Source: Ostreococcus lucimarinus
Taxonomy: Eukaryota
NCBI GenBank assembly: GCA_000092065.1
Contig: CP000585.1
Direction: 5' to 3' (one strand)
Length of the DNA: 64,000 nt
In this document: positions 1-10,510 of the stretch, piece after piece
Layout: each line of letters begins with the position of its first letter
Numbering within the stretch: position 1 is the stretch's first letter
Notes under the pieces: generated by a model
The model's input: the letters and a program-made list of their open reading frames with translations, nothing else
The model's database searches: none
Told to the model about the DNA's origin: nothing
Program-made: the position numbers and the translations under genes

Positions 1-28
1 TCGTTCGTCGCACGCATTTAACACAGCC

Positions 29-970
29 ATGATCGCACAACGCGCGTCCACGACGCGAACGATCGCGACGCCGACGCGCGCGACCGAAGCGCGACGCGCG
101 CGCGTCGTCGCGAACGCGGCGGACCGAAAGATGTGGTGCGTACGAACGGAAGCGCGGATGGGGGAATCGGAAGGAAGAATTACGTCGCGGGCGAACGCGC
201 GAGCGTCGCGCGCGCGCGACGCGTCGCGCGACGCGTCGATGCGCGCGCGATGGCATCGGACGTATCCGAGATACGGGATATCTGATATGGCGCGCCGCGC
301 GCGATCGGGCGACGACGGTTGGGAGGGCGAATCGGTCGCGCGACGCGCGAGTGACGCGCGGGTGGCGATGCGAATGATGATACTGACGGAATGATTCGAT
401 GCTTACGCGCGATGTAGGTTGCCCGCACCGTACAAGGCGCCGGCGCACCTCGACGGCACCGTCGCCGGGGACTACGGCTTCGATCCTCTCGGCTTGGGCA
501 GCGACCCGACGCGCCTCAAGTATTACCAAGAGGCGGAGCTCATGAACGCTCGATGGGCGATGATGGCTGTTGCGGGTATTGTCGGTACCGAAATCGCGGG
601 CATCGAACCGCGATGGTGGGAAGCCGGCACCGAGGATTACGGATTCCCGCCGCAAGCGCTCCTCGCGGTGCAGCTTCCGGTGATGGGGTACCTCGAGAAC
701 AAGCGCATTCAAGGTTGGTTGGCCACCGGTTCGAGCGGTGTGAACGAAACCTTCCCGTTCGACCCGATGGGCATGGGCTCTAAGGACGAGAAGATGAAGC
801 TCAAGGAGATCAAGAACGGCCGCGCCGCCATGATCGCCTTCGTCGGCATCGTCGTGCAAGGCATCGTCTACCGCGAGGGCCCGGTCGCCGCGCTCAAGGA
901 TCACGTCGCCAACCCGTTCGGTTGCAACATGGCGACGAACATCATGAACATCCCGGTGAACTTGGCGTAA
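29..970 (+). CDS. Light-harvesting chlorophyll a/b-binding protein (green-lineage LHC, prasinophyte Lhcp-like), 2 exons: join(29..135,418..970)
   Basis: Exon 2 has the LHC helix-1 and helix-3 motifs (GDYGFDPLGLG, ELMNARWAMMAVAG, EIKNGRAAMIAFVG) and carries no in-frame ATG. ATG 29 opens an Ala/Arg/Thr-rich 35-aa transit-peptide-like exon that ends ...RKMW at a GTGCGT donor (136). The acceptor TAG|G at 415-417 restores frame (TG+G = Trp) into LPAPYKAPAHLDG. Confidence 0.8.
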
Positions 971-1144
971 ACTGAGCTACGACGTTTAACGGACGTACGA
1001 TTACGCCCGATGTGTACACCGATCAGTCAACAAACAACCACCCTTAGAAGCGCGTAGCGTCGTTGTGAGCACGAGAGACGTAAAAAGCGAATCCGCGCGA
1101 ATCCGCGCGTCACATCGCCGCGTTCGCCCGGTCTGCGTCGCGCG

Positions 1145-2701
1145 ATGCCGCCGAAGCGCGCGCACGACGCGCCCGCGTCGACGATCGACGTGCGCGTGCG
1201 ATTCCCCGGCGAACGCGACGCGACGCGCCTCGCCATCGACGCGCGCGCGCCGACGGTGCGCGCCGCGATCGAGGCGCTCACGAAGGCGCGTCGGGACGTG
1301 CGCGACGCGCTGTCGACGTCGTACGCCGGGTTTGAGATCGCGCTGAGCGCGCGAGGAACGAACGACGACGGCGCGACGCTGCGGGAAGACGCGCCGTGCG
1401 CGAAAGACGAAGAGTACGTCGCGCGGTTGACGCGAGCGTACGCGCTGCGAGCGACGACGCATCCGACGCGCAAGTACGTCGTGGGACGATTTAAGGGAGA
1501 ACGCACGCCGGTGTTCAGCGTGGGAGAGCGCGCGCCGGTGGAGTGGCAGATGCGACACGCGAAGAGCGATGCGAGTGGGAACGCGTTGGTGCTCACGGGA
1601 GGGAAAAAGGGGAACAAGGGCGCGTACACGGGGACGCGAGACGCGCAGAGCGCTTCGTACTTTGTGCTCATGTCGCACAGGGATGAAGCGACGGCGACGG
1701 TGCGAGAATTCGTGGCGATGCCGTGTGAGGACTGGTATACGTTCACGCATAACGTACAGCGGCGAGTGTTCACGCTGGAAGAGGCGGAGGCGAGGATGGA
1801 GGCGGGGAAACGCGCGGTGGGCGAGGCGTGGGGACGCATGGATCGAACGGTGGACGAACCGGGGTACTCGGACGACGAGAGCGACGGCGATAGAGGTGAG
1901 CAGAGGGACGAATCGAGCGATGAAGAGGACGCTTTTAAGGCAAAGAAAGGGAAGAAAAAGGCGATTCAAGGCGTCGGTCTCGATAGCGACGACGAAGACG
2001 ACACCGGGAAGAAATCGGGCAAGCCGGCGCGCAAAAGTCAGGACGAAGGAGGCGAGGATTGGGAGCACGACGAGGAGTGGGACGACGACGAGGATGACGT
2101 CGCGATTCCAGAGGACGAAGAGGCACCGAAAGACCCGACGAAGACGCACGCAGACAGCGATGCGGAGGACGAGGGATTAGATGAAGAAGGTTTAGCCGTG
2201 AAAAAGTTGCTCGGCAAGCAAGAAAAAATGCAAGCCGGTCAGTTTAGCGATTCCGACTCAGACTCCGAACTCGAGGAAGATTTTAACCCGGACAACGACG
2301 ATATCGCCGCCAAGGTCGTCGGCTCTTTCGTCGAAAGAAGCAAAAAATTGGAGGCTGAGGAAAAAGCCGAAGCGGCTGCGCAACCGATGGCGAAATCCGC
2401 GTCGGCGTCCTCCATCGGCGTCAAGCGGAGCGCGAGCGACGTCGACACCGCCGCGCCACTGGCCAAGACAGCACGCGTCGCGCCACCGACGGCACCGAAA
2501 CAATCTCCGATCCAGGCTGTGATCATCGACGTCGTGCGCAAAAATCCCGACAGCACCACCGTCAAGCTCATCACGAAGACGTGTCGCAAGAAAGGCTTGT
2601 TGAACAGCACCGCCGGTGCCGAGGAGCTCAAGGAAGCGATCAAAAACTTGCTCGTCATGAAGAAACTTCGCGATGGCTCTCAAGTCTTAGTGTTGAAATA
2701 A
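1145..2701 (+). CDS. TFIIF alpha (RAP74)-like transcription initiation factor
   Basis: 518-aa ORF starting at ATG 1145. It has an N-terminal globular region, a long Asp/Glu/Ser-rich charged middle and a C-terminal winged-helix-like tail (KKGLLNSTAGAEELKEAIKNL), matching the known TFIIF-alpha architecture. Confidence 0.45.
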   Translation: MPPKRAHDAPASTIDVRVRFPGERDATRLAIDARAPTVRAAIEALTKARRDVRDALSTSYAGFEIALSARGTNDDGATLREDAPCAKDEEYVARLTRAYALRATTHPTRKYVVGRFKGERTPVFSVGERAPVEWQMRHAKSDASGNALVLTGGKKGNKGAYTGTRDAQSASYFVLMSHRDEATATVREFVAMPCEDWYTFTHNVQRRVFTLEEAEARMEAGKRAVGEAWGRMDRTVDEPGYSDDESDGDRGEQRDESSDEEDAFKAKKGKKKAIQGVGLDSDDEDDTGKKSGKPARKSQDEGGEDWEHDEEWDDDEDDVAIPEDEEAPKDPTKTHADSDAEDEGLDEEGLAVKKLLGKQEKMQAGQFSDSDSDSELEEDFNPDNDDIAAKVVGSFVERSKKLEAEEKAEAAAQPMAKSASASSIGVKRSASDVDTAAPLAKTARVAPPTAPKQSPIQAVIIDVVRKNPDSTTVKLITKTCRKKGLLNSTAGAEELKEAIKNLLVMKKLRDGSQVLVLK

Positions 2702-2712
2702 CGAACGGTAAT

Positions 2713-3282
2713 ATGCTTCTCCGACTCGTTCCTCGCGTCGGTGCCGCACTCTGCGCCGCGAGCCGTCGCGGCGTCATGAATTCTCCCTGGTCCGACGTCG
2801 TGCGATCGATCTCGGCCTCGTGGACCTCCATAGCGGTCACCATCGCATGTATATACGTCTTGCGCCTCTTCTTAATCCCCAAGCGCGGCGCGGTGACGCG
2901 CGGCGACGACGAAGACGAGGACGAGGACGATGAGACTTTTCCCGAGCCCATGCCAAAGGGCGACTTGACGACGGCTGCGTTGCGCGCGTACGACGGGAGC
3001 GACCCCGCGAAGCCAATACTGCTCGCCGCGAAAGGCATCGTGTTCGACGTCACGCGTGGGAGGGACTTTTACGGAAAAGGTGGACCGTACAACGCGTTCA
3101 CTGGGATCGACTGCTCGCGAGCGCTGGGCAAGGTGAGCCTGGAGAAGGAAAATTTATGCGCCGACGTGGGGGATTTCGCGGCGAGCGAGCGAGATGCGCT
3201 GAATCAGTGGGTGGGGAAATTTGAGGATAAGTATCCAGTCGTCGGAAAGCTGACGGATGGGAAGTACAACGGGAAGTTTTAG
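2713..3282 (+). CDS. Cytochrome b5-like heme/steroid-binding domain protein (MAPR/PGRMC family)
   Basis: N-terminal TM segment, acidic linker, then the Cyt-b5-like MAPR motif LRAYDGSDPAKPILLAAKGIVFDVTRGRDFYGKGGPYNAFTGIDCSRAL. ATG at 2713 is in frame just after the TFIIF stop. Confidence 0.75.
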   Translation: MLLRLVPRVGAALCAASRRGVMNSPWSDVVRSISASWTSIAVTIACIYVLRLFLIPKRGAVTRGDDEDEDEDDETFPEPMPKGDLTTAALRAYDGSDPAKPILLAAKGIVFDVTRGRDFYGKGGPYNAFTGIDCSRALGKVSLEKENLCADVGDFAASERDALNQWVGKFEDKYPVVGKLTDGKYNGKF

Positions 3283-3350
3283 GAGATTTAACGTGACGAC
3301 TTCGCCTCTGTAGCCGGCGACGACTTTGTAGTTACATCAGCATCTAGTTT

Positions 3351-5093
3351 TTAAAATCTACGCGCGCGACCGCCTTTGAATCCTCTATCGTAAGCCGAGC
3401 TAATGCCTCCCACAGACCCTCGCGCATCACGCGATTGCAGAAACCATCCCGGAAGTTCGTTCTGCGTTTCCTCAAACACGAGCTTTAAATTTTCGTAAAT
3501 GGGTCCATTGCCTATGTCCTCGGCGAAACCGGGGATGTAGAAAGAAGTGGCGATGCCTTTGCGCCCTGCGCGACCGGTTCGACCGATACGGTGAATGTAA
3601 TCGTCGAATTCACTCTTCTTCGTCGGCATGTCGAAATTTATGACGTGGTTGACATCCGGCATGTCCAAGCCTCTGGCCGCGACGTCGGTGGCGACTAGTA
3701 TTTTCGCGGCGCCGGTTGCGAACGCATCCAACGCGCGAAGTCTCGCACCTTGCGTGAGCGACCCGTGCAGCTCTTCGACCGCGAGCGAGGGAGTGACTTC
3801 GACGATTTGTTGCCGCAACCACTCGGCGGTGCCTTTTTGCTTGCAGAAAATCAACGTCAAACCGACATCTTCGCCGTCGTTCTCGCGCTTTGCCTCGACG
3901 GCTTCTAATACGCGCAGTAAATATGGCAACTTTTGTTCCCTCAAATGTGGAGTCTCGATGAGAACCTGCTTAATGTTTGCGACGGTCGATCCGACGCGGC
4001 CGCAGATGACCCGCGCAGCGTGGGGAGGCGCGCGCATGTAATAACTCGCGAGCCGCAAAACTTGCGGCGGAAACGTCGCGGAGAACATTAGAGTCTGACG
4101 CTCGTTCTTGGCCGGAATGCCGTAGTCCCCGAGAAGTTCGTTGAGCTGTGGCTCGAAACCCATGTCGAGCATGCGATCGGCTTCGTCCATCACGAGTGTC
4201 TGGACGCCCGACAAATCCACGTAGCGCGCGTCTTCTCGCACCATGGACAACAATCTTCCCGGCGTGGCGACGATAATCTCCGGCGCAAACGCCAGTTCCT
4301 CCAGCTGTGGTTTAATAGACGATCCCCCGTACGCGCACGCGCACCACAGAGGCGTCCCGAAGATAAACTTTCGAGTCTCCATATGAATTTGCAGCGCCAG
4401 CTCCCTCGTCGGCGCCAAGACGAGGACCTTCGGTCTCGCCGGCACCCCAAACTCTCCATCGACAACCTCTGCCTCCGTCGGCGCCTCCGCGCTCTCTCTG
4501 ACCAATCTCGAGATGAGCGGAAGCATGAAAGCCGCCGTCTTCCCGCTCCCCGTCGGCGCGTTACACAGCACGTCTACTCCTCGCGGTCCCGCGAGCGGCA
4601 TCGCGTATCGCTGCACGACGGTCAGCTTCCGCATCCCCATCCGCCGTAAATTCTCCACCACCATCCCCGGCACCCCTAATGTCGTCTCCAACGCCTCCAC
4701 ATCGCCATCGATCCCGGCGTATCCTTCCTCGACGCCGAGCGCGCGCGCGCCGACGTCTTCGTACGCCGACGCGTCCCCGTCCCGCTCGTCCCGTCGTTCG
4801 AACAGCGTCTCCACCGCGTCCACAGCGCACCGTCCGTGCGAGCGCGCACCACCCACGCCGCTTCGCGCCGCCTCGCACTCCGCGATCCAGTGCGCGCGCT
4901 CGTCCGCCGCGCGCGCCGCGAGTTTCTCCAGTTGCGCGCTCGTCAACGGTTTCGCCTCGCGCGGCCGTCGCTCGACGTACGACGCCCGTCCGCGCCCGCG
5001 TCCGCCGCGTCCGCGTCCGCGACCGCCTCGGCCGCCTCGTCCGCGCCCGCGATCGGCCGCGCGCGCGACGACGCGCGCGCGCGCCGTCGCCAT
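3351..5093 (-). CDS. DEAD-box ATP-dependent RNA helicase with N-terminal RGG repeats
   Basis: APTGSGKT (motif I), PTRELA, TPGRL, DEAD (VMDEADRML), SAT, ARGLD and HRIGRTGRAG motifs, preceded by GRGRGGRGGRGRGRGG. ATG at 5093-5091 (minus) confirmed on the sequence; the ORF-track extension upstream is Arg-rich junk. Confidence 0.85.
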   Translation of the reverse strand: MATARARVVARAADRGRGRGGRGGRGRGRGGRGRGRASYVERRPREAKPLTSAQLEKLAARAADERAHWIAECEAARSGVGGARSHGRCAVDAVETLFERRDERDGDASAYEDVGARALGVEEGYAGIDGDVEALETTLGVPGMVVENLRRMGMRKLTVVQRYAMPLAGPRGVDVLCNAPTGSGKTAAFMLPLISRLVRESAEAPTEAEVVDGEFGVPARPKVLVLAPTRELALQIHMETRKFIFGTPLWCACAYGGSSIKPQLEELAFAPEIIVATPGRLLSMVREDARYVDLSGVQTLVMDEADRMLDMGFEPQLNELLGDYGIPAKNERQTLMFSATFPPQVLRLASYYMRAPPHAARVICGRVGSTVANIKQVLIETPHLREQKLPYLLRVLEAVEAKRENDGEDVGLTLIFCKQKGTAEWLRQQIVEVTPSLAVEELHGSLTQGARLRALDAFATGAAKILVATDVAARGLDMPDVNHVINFDMPTKKSEFDDYIHRIGRTGRAGRKGIATSFYIPGFAEDIGNGPIYENLKLVFEETQNELPGWFLQSRDARGSVGGISSAYDRGFKGGRARRF

Positions 5094-5186
5094 CGACGGC
5101 GTCGCGAAGTGCTGCCGAAACGTGACGACGTCGTCACGTCGCGTCGCGCCGCCGCGCGGGGGCGATCGCGCCGCCTCGCGACGGCG

Positions 5187-6074
5187 ATGGCGATGCCGGC
5201 GCGCTCGAGCGCGTCGGCGTCGGCGCCGCGCGCGGTCGACGTCCGCGCGAGGCGTCGACGAACGCGGGACGGTGGACGGCGGGCGACGGTGAGACCGACG
5301 GCGACGCGCGACGGCGACGCGCGGGCGCGCGCGCGGGACGAAAACGAGGCGTCGACGTCGATGGGAAGCGTGTGCCTCGTCGGGGCGGGGCCGGGAGGCG
5401 TGGACGCGCTGACGATGGGCGCGGCGAGGGCGCTCGCGAACGCGGACGTCGTCGTCTACGACGATTTGGGTGGGTCTTCCGAGGACGTGCTGGCGCTCGC
5501 GACGAAGGCGAACGCGGAGTTCGTGAGCGTAGGGAAGAGGGGTGGGTCGGCGAAGTCTTGGACGCAGAGCGATATATGCGAGTTGTTGGTGGAGCTCGCG
5601 CGAAGCGGTAAGCGCGTGGCGCGACTGAAAGGTGGGTGTCCGAGCGTGTTTGCGCGCGTCAGCGACGAGATCGCGGCGCTGCGAAAGCATGGAGTGCACA
5701 CGACTATGATTCCTGGAATATCGTCGGCGTTGAGCGCGCCGCTGAGCGTGGGGATTCCGTTGACGGATCGAGAGTTGGGACGGCACTTTTCCGTGACGAG
5801 CGCGCACGATCCAAATTCGATCGATTTTGCCGCGTTCGCTGGAATCGACACGTGCGTATTTCTGATGGTTGGGAGGACACTTCCAATAGTCGTCGAATCG
5901 CTCACGCGGGAAGGGAATAAGTCACCGACGACGCCGTGCTGCGTGATTCGAAACGGGATGCAACCGGACGAGCGTTCGTGGTTCGGCTCGTTGCGGGATA
6001 TCGTCGAGAAAACGTCCGGTGAGTCTCTATCTCCGTGCATTTTAGTCGTCGGAAACGTCGTCACGCTGGCTTGA
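5187..6074 (+). CDS. Uroporphyrinogen-III C-methyltransferase (siroheme branch, CobA/UPM1-like) with transit-peptide-like N-terminus
   Basis: VCLVGAGPGGVDALTMGAARAL...VVYDDL, ARLKGGCPSVFARVSDE and TTMIPGISSA are characteristic class III tetrapyrrole methylase motifs. ATG 5187 (MAMPARSSASASAPRAV...) is a plausible plastid presequence. Divergent from the helicase start 93 bp away. Confidence 0.7.
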   Translation: MAMPARSSASASAPRAVDVRARRRRTRDGGRRATVRPTATRDGDARARARDENEASTSMGSVCLVGAGPGGVDALTMGAARALANADVVVYDDLGGSSEDVLALATKANAEFVSVGKRGGSAKSWTQSDICELLVELARSGKRVARLKGGCPSVFARVSDEIAALRKHGVHTTMIPGISSALSAPLSVGIPLTDRELGRHFSVTSAHDPNSIDFAAFAGIDTCVFLMVGRTLPIVVESLTREGNKSPTTPCCVIRNGMQPDERSWFGSLRDIVEKTSGESLSPCILVVGNVVTLA

Positions 6075-6204
6075 ATTAGTCAAGCAGTCACGCTCGTGAC
6101 CATACGCGAGTATAGTAGGCAGCTTGTTGTCAGTCAATGAAGTACGGAAATAGATAGTTTGCCGACAGAAACAGAAACACTCCCCACTTATCGCCGCACT
6201 CTCG

Positions 6205-7920
6205 ATGCAAAGCGCGAGAACGAAACAGCTGCTCATTCTCGGGCATCGAAAAAATCGTACGAACGACTTGCTTCGTGAGCTCAGCGCGCGACGCGAATGT
6301 GACCCACAACTTTTGCTACGGCGAGAGAACTTGTCTGGAGAGCGTGACTCGAGCGGTGGGAGACGATGGAAGAGGACGCGTGAGCGATTGAAATCGGTAA
6401 CCGCCAAAGTCGATACTGGGCTACACCGTAAAAGGTTCACTCCGAGCGCGCCACGAGAGGCATTGTTGCCTCGAGTGGTTGTTGAACCAGCAGCACCCGC
6501 GTCTCCGGAGCACTCGTTCGAAGGCGCTCGCGGCGAGACTGAGTCATCGACCTCGACGAGTGATAACGGTGATATCAGCGCCTTTGCAGACGATGGTGAC
6601 GATCTAGAGCTTCCACCCCGTACTCGCGTGCGGATTAAGTGCGCTCGAGACGCCCGAGAGGCTTTGGAGGTTTTACGCTCGCGACCGCTCAGTCCGAGGT
6701 CCGTCGAAAAGTTTCGCGGCGCGCTAGAATTAATGCGAGCACAGCGCGCGCTGATTGAGGCTGAGTTGTTGAGAGCGAACGCGTCGAATCGCCTCGACGA
6801 GAGCGCAAATGGTGCAGGCATCGATGACGAAGGATCTGAGTCTGAGGTTGACGCCGTTGAAGATTACGATCCGACGGAGCAAATATCCGAAGAATTTGGC
6901 TCCGTCTTCGGCGCGGTGGCGCACGAGTCCAGAGACCTCCTCAAACGAGAGGCCGGAGGAACTAACATGAAAGAAGTCGAGAAACACTTACTTGAACACT
7001 ATCCAGCAATACGGAATATATTCAAGTACTACTCGAGCATGACGAAGCCTTTCGATGAGAACATCACCGCCGCCGAGTTGGGGAGCATGACGCTATCGGA
7101 TTGGATGACGTTTGTGAAGGACTGTAAACTCATCGGACCGCATCCCAGGCATCAGCTCGTGAAATCGAGCGCGGAGTTATTGTTCATAAGACTCAACTGG
7201 GTCACCGACGATCGCGGCAGAAAGGTGAAGAACCGAGATTTGTCCAACAGCGACCGGACGTTGATCATGCCCGAGTTCATTTGCGGCATACTGCGTTTGG
7301 CGAAGCAATGCGGCGTGCGGATGGATAATTTCGGGCTCACAGCGAGCCGTTTCATCAAAGATATCGTCTATCCACGCGCACACTCGGTGGACGTCGAAGA
7401 GTTCCGCACGCGAATGCGATTTCGCTCGGCAAGAGCCGCGCTCGACGCGTTTCAAGCCGACATCCGATCCGTCTTCGTGCGATACGCCGCCGCGGAGGCG
7501 AAATCCGCCATCGGTGGCGGTCTGGAGACCATGGATCTCAAAGAGCTCATGCAACTATGCCGCAACATCGACATCGTCACTTTCAACGACGCCGATCATC
7601 ACCTTCTCTCGCCGCTCGCCGTGCAGCACGCCTTCGCGCTCAGCCAGCTGCAAGTCGTCGGCGACGACGCCGGCGAGATCGACGCCGACGAGTTCATCGA
7701 GCTCATCGCTCGTCTCGCCGAAAACTTCTTCGACGTCTACTTCACCGCCATCGCTAACGCTCAATCCGCGCGCCTTCACCGCGTCTCCCATCCGGGCGAA
7801 AACGTCCTCGCCCTCGCGCCCGCCCCGCGCGTCGACGACGTCGCCCTCGCGCCCAAGCTCCGCTGGTTCCTCCCGCGCCTCGCCGCGGCGTCGTCGTCTC
7901 GTTCGGTACCTGTCCATTGA
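6205..7920 (+). CDS. Hypothetical protein (conserved-looking, unassigned)
   Basis: 571-aa uninterrupted ORF from ATG 6205 with non-repetitive composition in its C-terminal half (KHLLEHYPAIRNIFKYYSSMTKPFDENITAAELGSMTLSDWMTFVKDCKLIG...). No family recognised. Confidence 0.5.
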   Translation: MQSARTKQLLILGHRKNRTNDLLRELSARRECDPQLLLRRENLSGERDSSGGRRWKRTRERLKSVTAKVDTGLHRKRFTPSAPREALLPRVVVEPAAPASPEHSFEGARGETESSTSTSDNGDISAFADDGDDLELPPRTRVRIKCARDAREALEVLRSRPLSPRSVEKFRGALELMRAQRALIEAELLRANASNRLDESANGAGIDDEGSESEVDAVEDYDPTEQISEEFGSVFGAVAHESRDLLKREAGGTNMKEVEKHLLEHYPAIRNIFKYYSSMTKPFDENITAAELGSMTLSDWMTFVKDCKLIGPHPRHQLVKSSAELLFIRLNWVTDDRGRKVKNRDLSNSDRTLIMPEFICGILRLAKQCGVRMDNFGLTASRFIKDIVYPRAHSVDVEEFRTRMRFRSARAALDAFQADIRSVFVRYAAAEAKSAIGGGLETMDLKELMQLCRNIDIVTFNDADHHLLSPLAVQHAFALSQLQVVGDDAGEIDADEFIELIARLAENFFDVYFTAIANAQSARLHRVSHPGENVLALAPAPRVDDVALAPKLRWFLPRLAAASSSRSVPVH

Positions 7921-8054
7921 TGGACACTCATTCAGGTTCTTTACGCATTATTTACGCTCGATCGCGATAAACCGATCTAGGGTTTTGGGCTCGCGTCTCG
8001 CCCATCCGGCGACGCGCGCGTTTCGATCCGTCTTTCACCGACGCGCCGTCCATC

Positions 8055-8815
8055 ATGGCTGACCAAATGGTGCGTCCCGACCTCGCGTCGAACGACAGAA
8101 ACAACCTTCGCGTCGTTCGTTCGTTCGCGCGCGCGCGCTTCGACTCGCCTCGCGCGCATCGTCGCGTCATCGTCTCGTGCGTATTGACCCTAACCGCGAC
8201 GTCCTCGGACGATCTTTCTCGACGCAGAGCGTGCAAACCTTCGGGCGCAAGGTACGTCGTCGCGCATCGATCGGTGACTCGTAATCGCATCTCTCGTATC
8301 GCGCGTCGTTCGCGACGCGGCGTCATCGGTGGGAGGCGCTCGTGCGGGATGGTTTCGCGGCGTGCGATCCGCTAGGGCTTGGGTTTGGACTCGACTGACG
8401 CCGAAACGCTCTTCTCGCGCAGAAAACTGCCGTCGCCGTGGCGCACACGAAGCGGGGCAAGGGCTTGATTCGCCTTAACGGTGTCCCGATCGATCTCGTG
8501 CAGCCGGACACGCTCCGACTCAAGGCGGTCGAACCCATTCTGTTGCTCGGTAAGGAGCGATTCGCGAACGTGGACATTCGCATTCGCGTGAAGGGTGGCG
8601 GACACGTGTCGCAAATGTACGCCGTGCGTCAGGCGATTGCGAAGTCTCTCGTGGCGTATTACCAGAAGTATGTCGATGAGGCGAGCAAGAAGGAGATCAA
8701 GGACCTTTTGTTGGCGTACGACAGAACCTTGCTCGTCGCGGATCCGCGCCGCATGGAGCCGAAGAAGGCTGGCGGTCGCGGTGCCCGCGCGCGCTTCCAA
8801 AAGTCTTACCGTTAA
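8055..8815 (+). CDS. RPS16: 40S ribosomal protein S16 (uS9), 3 exons: join(8055..8069,8227..8250,8423..8815)
   Basis: Exon 3 matches eukaryotic RPS16 almost residue for residue ([20 protein letters not shown]...[51 protein letters not shown]). Exon 2 is the 8-codon SVQTFGRK between CAG| and a GTACGT donor. Micro-exon 1 is ATGGCTGACCAAATG ending at a GTGCGT donor. Spliced product is 143 aa: [21 protein letters not shown]... Confidence 0.85.
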
Positions 8816-8992
8816 AATTTCTCGCGTTATCGTGGAAATTTTATGGCGGGGGACGACTTTGTGAGTGTCGACATAGTATTAGACGGACAGACAATTTAGG
8901 TTTTGTGATTAAAGGAGAGACGCAGACCGACGAAAATGGTGAAACGCGCGCATCCCGGCAGACCCACAGCAAGAACCTTTTTACACTAATCA

Positions 8993-10510
8993 TTACAACA
9001 TTGAATCCAAAGAATCGCTCATCGAGCGAACGCGCGATACGGAAGAGCGGAGACGCTTCGCCAAGCCCGCTCCGAACTCTACCAGCACGAAACCGCTCGC
9101 GCTGGCGATGATGGCAAATGCCCACGCCGTGCTCGCGGCCGGGTATCCGAGCTCGTGCACCAAGGAAGAACCGAATAACTGACCGAGCATTTCTCCAAAA
9201 AAGTAGCAGCTCACGAAAAGTCCGTTTGCTAAATCTGCGTACTTTGGTCCGTCGTTTCTGACAGACGCTTGCATCAAGGGCAAGAGCGGTACAAACGCAA
9301 AGGCGCTTCCGACCCCGTAAACAACGCTTGGAAACCACACGCAAAGCCGCCTTCGGGCCGTCGCACTCAGTGGATCAGGCAATCCTAGCAAAGACGAAGG
9401 GCCGAAGAAAAAGTGTGCGACTGACATGGACGCCATGCCGATGAGGCACAGTACGATGTCGCCCACTTTTGAGTTCGGAGTGTGCGAAACAATGCCAACG
9501 ATCGGCGTCACGAGCGCATACAGCCCAGCGAGTAACGAGTACACCAAGCCAATCGTAGCTGGTGAAAAGTTCAGCGTTTGATGAAGATATAGCGGAAGAG
9601 TGGTCGGAATCCCGCCGAAACTCGTGGACACGACAAGTTCGGCCAAGGCGGCGGCCAAGAAAGTCGGCCGACGAAGCACGCGAGCATAACTCGGCCTTTC
9701 CTCCTGCGAGGGCCCGGACATTTGACCACGGTCGTCGCGACCGTCGAGTCGACGCATCGCGTACATCACTGGAGGAATTGACAGCAAAATGGCGGCGCCG
9801 TTCGCCATCAGAGGTAACTTTGGCGACGAATGAATGTCGTACAAAAATCCACCGAAAATCGGCCCAAAGAGAGTCCCGAAGCCCGCGGCTACTTCTTGCA
9901 ACCCGCTTGTGATGCTCACCGCATCTGGCGCCGCTCGCGTCACCACGCACAGCATTGTCACGCTCGTCAACGCGTTGAAAAATCCCTGAAACAACCTACA
10001 CACCAACCAAACTCTCCAGCGCGCTCGTCCCGCGAACGCGCTCGTCGCCAATACGCACGCCGCCTGCCCCAAGAGCGAATATTTCGCCACCATCGTCGCG
10101 TCGAACCGCCACAGTACCCTCGGTGCGATCGTCGGCGACACCACGAGCACGCCGAACGGCAACGCCGCGAACGTCGCTCCCACCCGCGTCGCGTCGAGTC
10201 CCGCTCGCGCGAACTCTTGGCTCAGAAATGGAAACGGCACCGACATCGACATCGTCGTCACGACCAGCGACAGCGCGAACGCCCCGAGCACCCATCCGTG
10301 CTCGCGCACGACCTCCCTCGCGCTCGCGCGCCGCCCCGACGCGTCCAAGTCGTCGCGCGTTCCGTCTTCGCGAGGCGTCCCGAGCAACGGCGCCGTCCCG
10401 AGCTCGACGCTCCGCGCGTCGCGTTCCGAGTCGGACTCGCTCGAGCGATCGCGCGCGTCGTCGTCGTTTCCGTCGCCGTCGTCGTCGTCCGTCGCGCTCG
10501 CGCTCGACAT
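8993..10510 (-). CDS. Major facilitator superfamily transporter (12 TM)
   Basis: 505 aa from ATG 10510 (minus, checked). Acidic N-terminus, then 12 hydrophobic segments with an MFS-like spacing and a central loop. The ORF-track N-terminal extension is antisense to the homeobox gene. Confidence 0.7.
   Translation of the reverse strand: MSSASATDDDDGDGNDDDARDRSSESDSERDARSVELGTAPLLGTPREDGTRDDLDASGRRASAREVVREHGWVLGAFALSLVVTTMSMSVPFPFLSQEFARAGLDATRVGATFAALPFGVLVVSPTIAPRVLWRFDATMVAKYSLLGQAACVLATSAFAGRARWRVWLVCRLFQGFFNALTSVTMLCVVTRAAPDAVSITSGLQEVAAGFGTLFGPIFGGFLYDIHSSPKLPLMANGAAILLSIPPVMYAMRRLDGRDDRGQMSGPSQEERPSYARVLRRPTFLAAALAELVVSTSFGGIPTTLPLYLHQTLNFSPATIGLVYSLLAGLYALVTPIVGIVSHTPNSKVGDIVLCLIGMASMSVAHFFFGPSSLLGLPDPLSATARRRLCVWFPSVVYGVGSAFAFVPLLPLMQASVRNDGPKYADLANGLFVSCYFFGEMLGQLFGSSLVHELGYPAASTAWAFAIIASASGFVLVEFGAGLAKRLRSSVSRVRSMSDSLDSML

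Noticed and set aside
1001-2149. Long Arg/Pro/His-rich ORFs antisense to or overlapping real genes (e.g. 1001..2149-, 4513..5292+, 9830..10762+, 25935..26570-, 54226..55410+, 56643..57773- upstream part, 31479..32450+)
   Set aside because: Their composition (RRRR, RARAR runs) is what ~70% GC sequence yields in non-coding frames. They overlap genes with strong homology on the other strand or frame and carry no motifs. Treated as GC-bias artefacts.
6042-6821. 259-aa minus-strand ORF overlapping the 3' end of UPMT and the start of the 6205..7920 gene
   Set aside because: Ser/Arg-rich, no homology, and it overlaps two better-supported plus-strand genes. Likely spurious.
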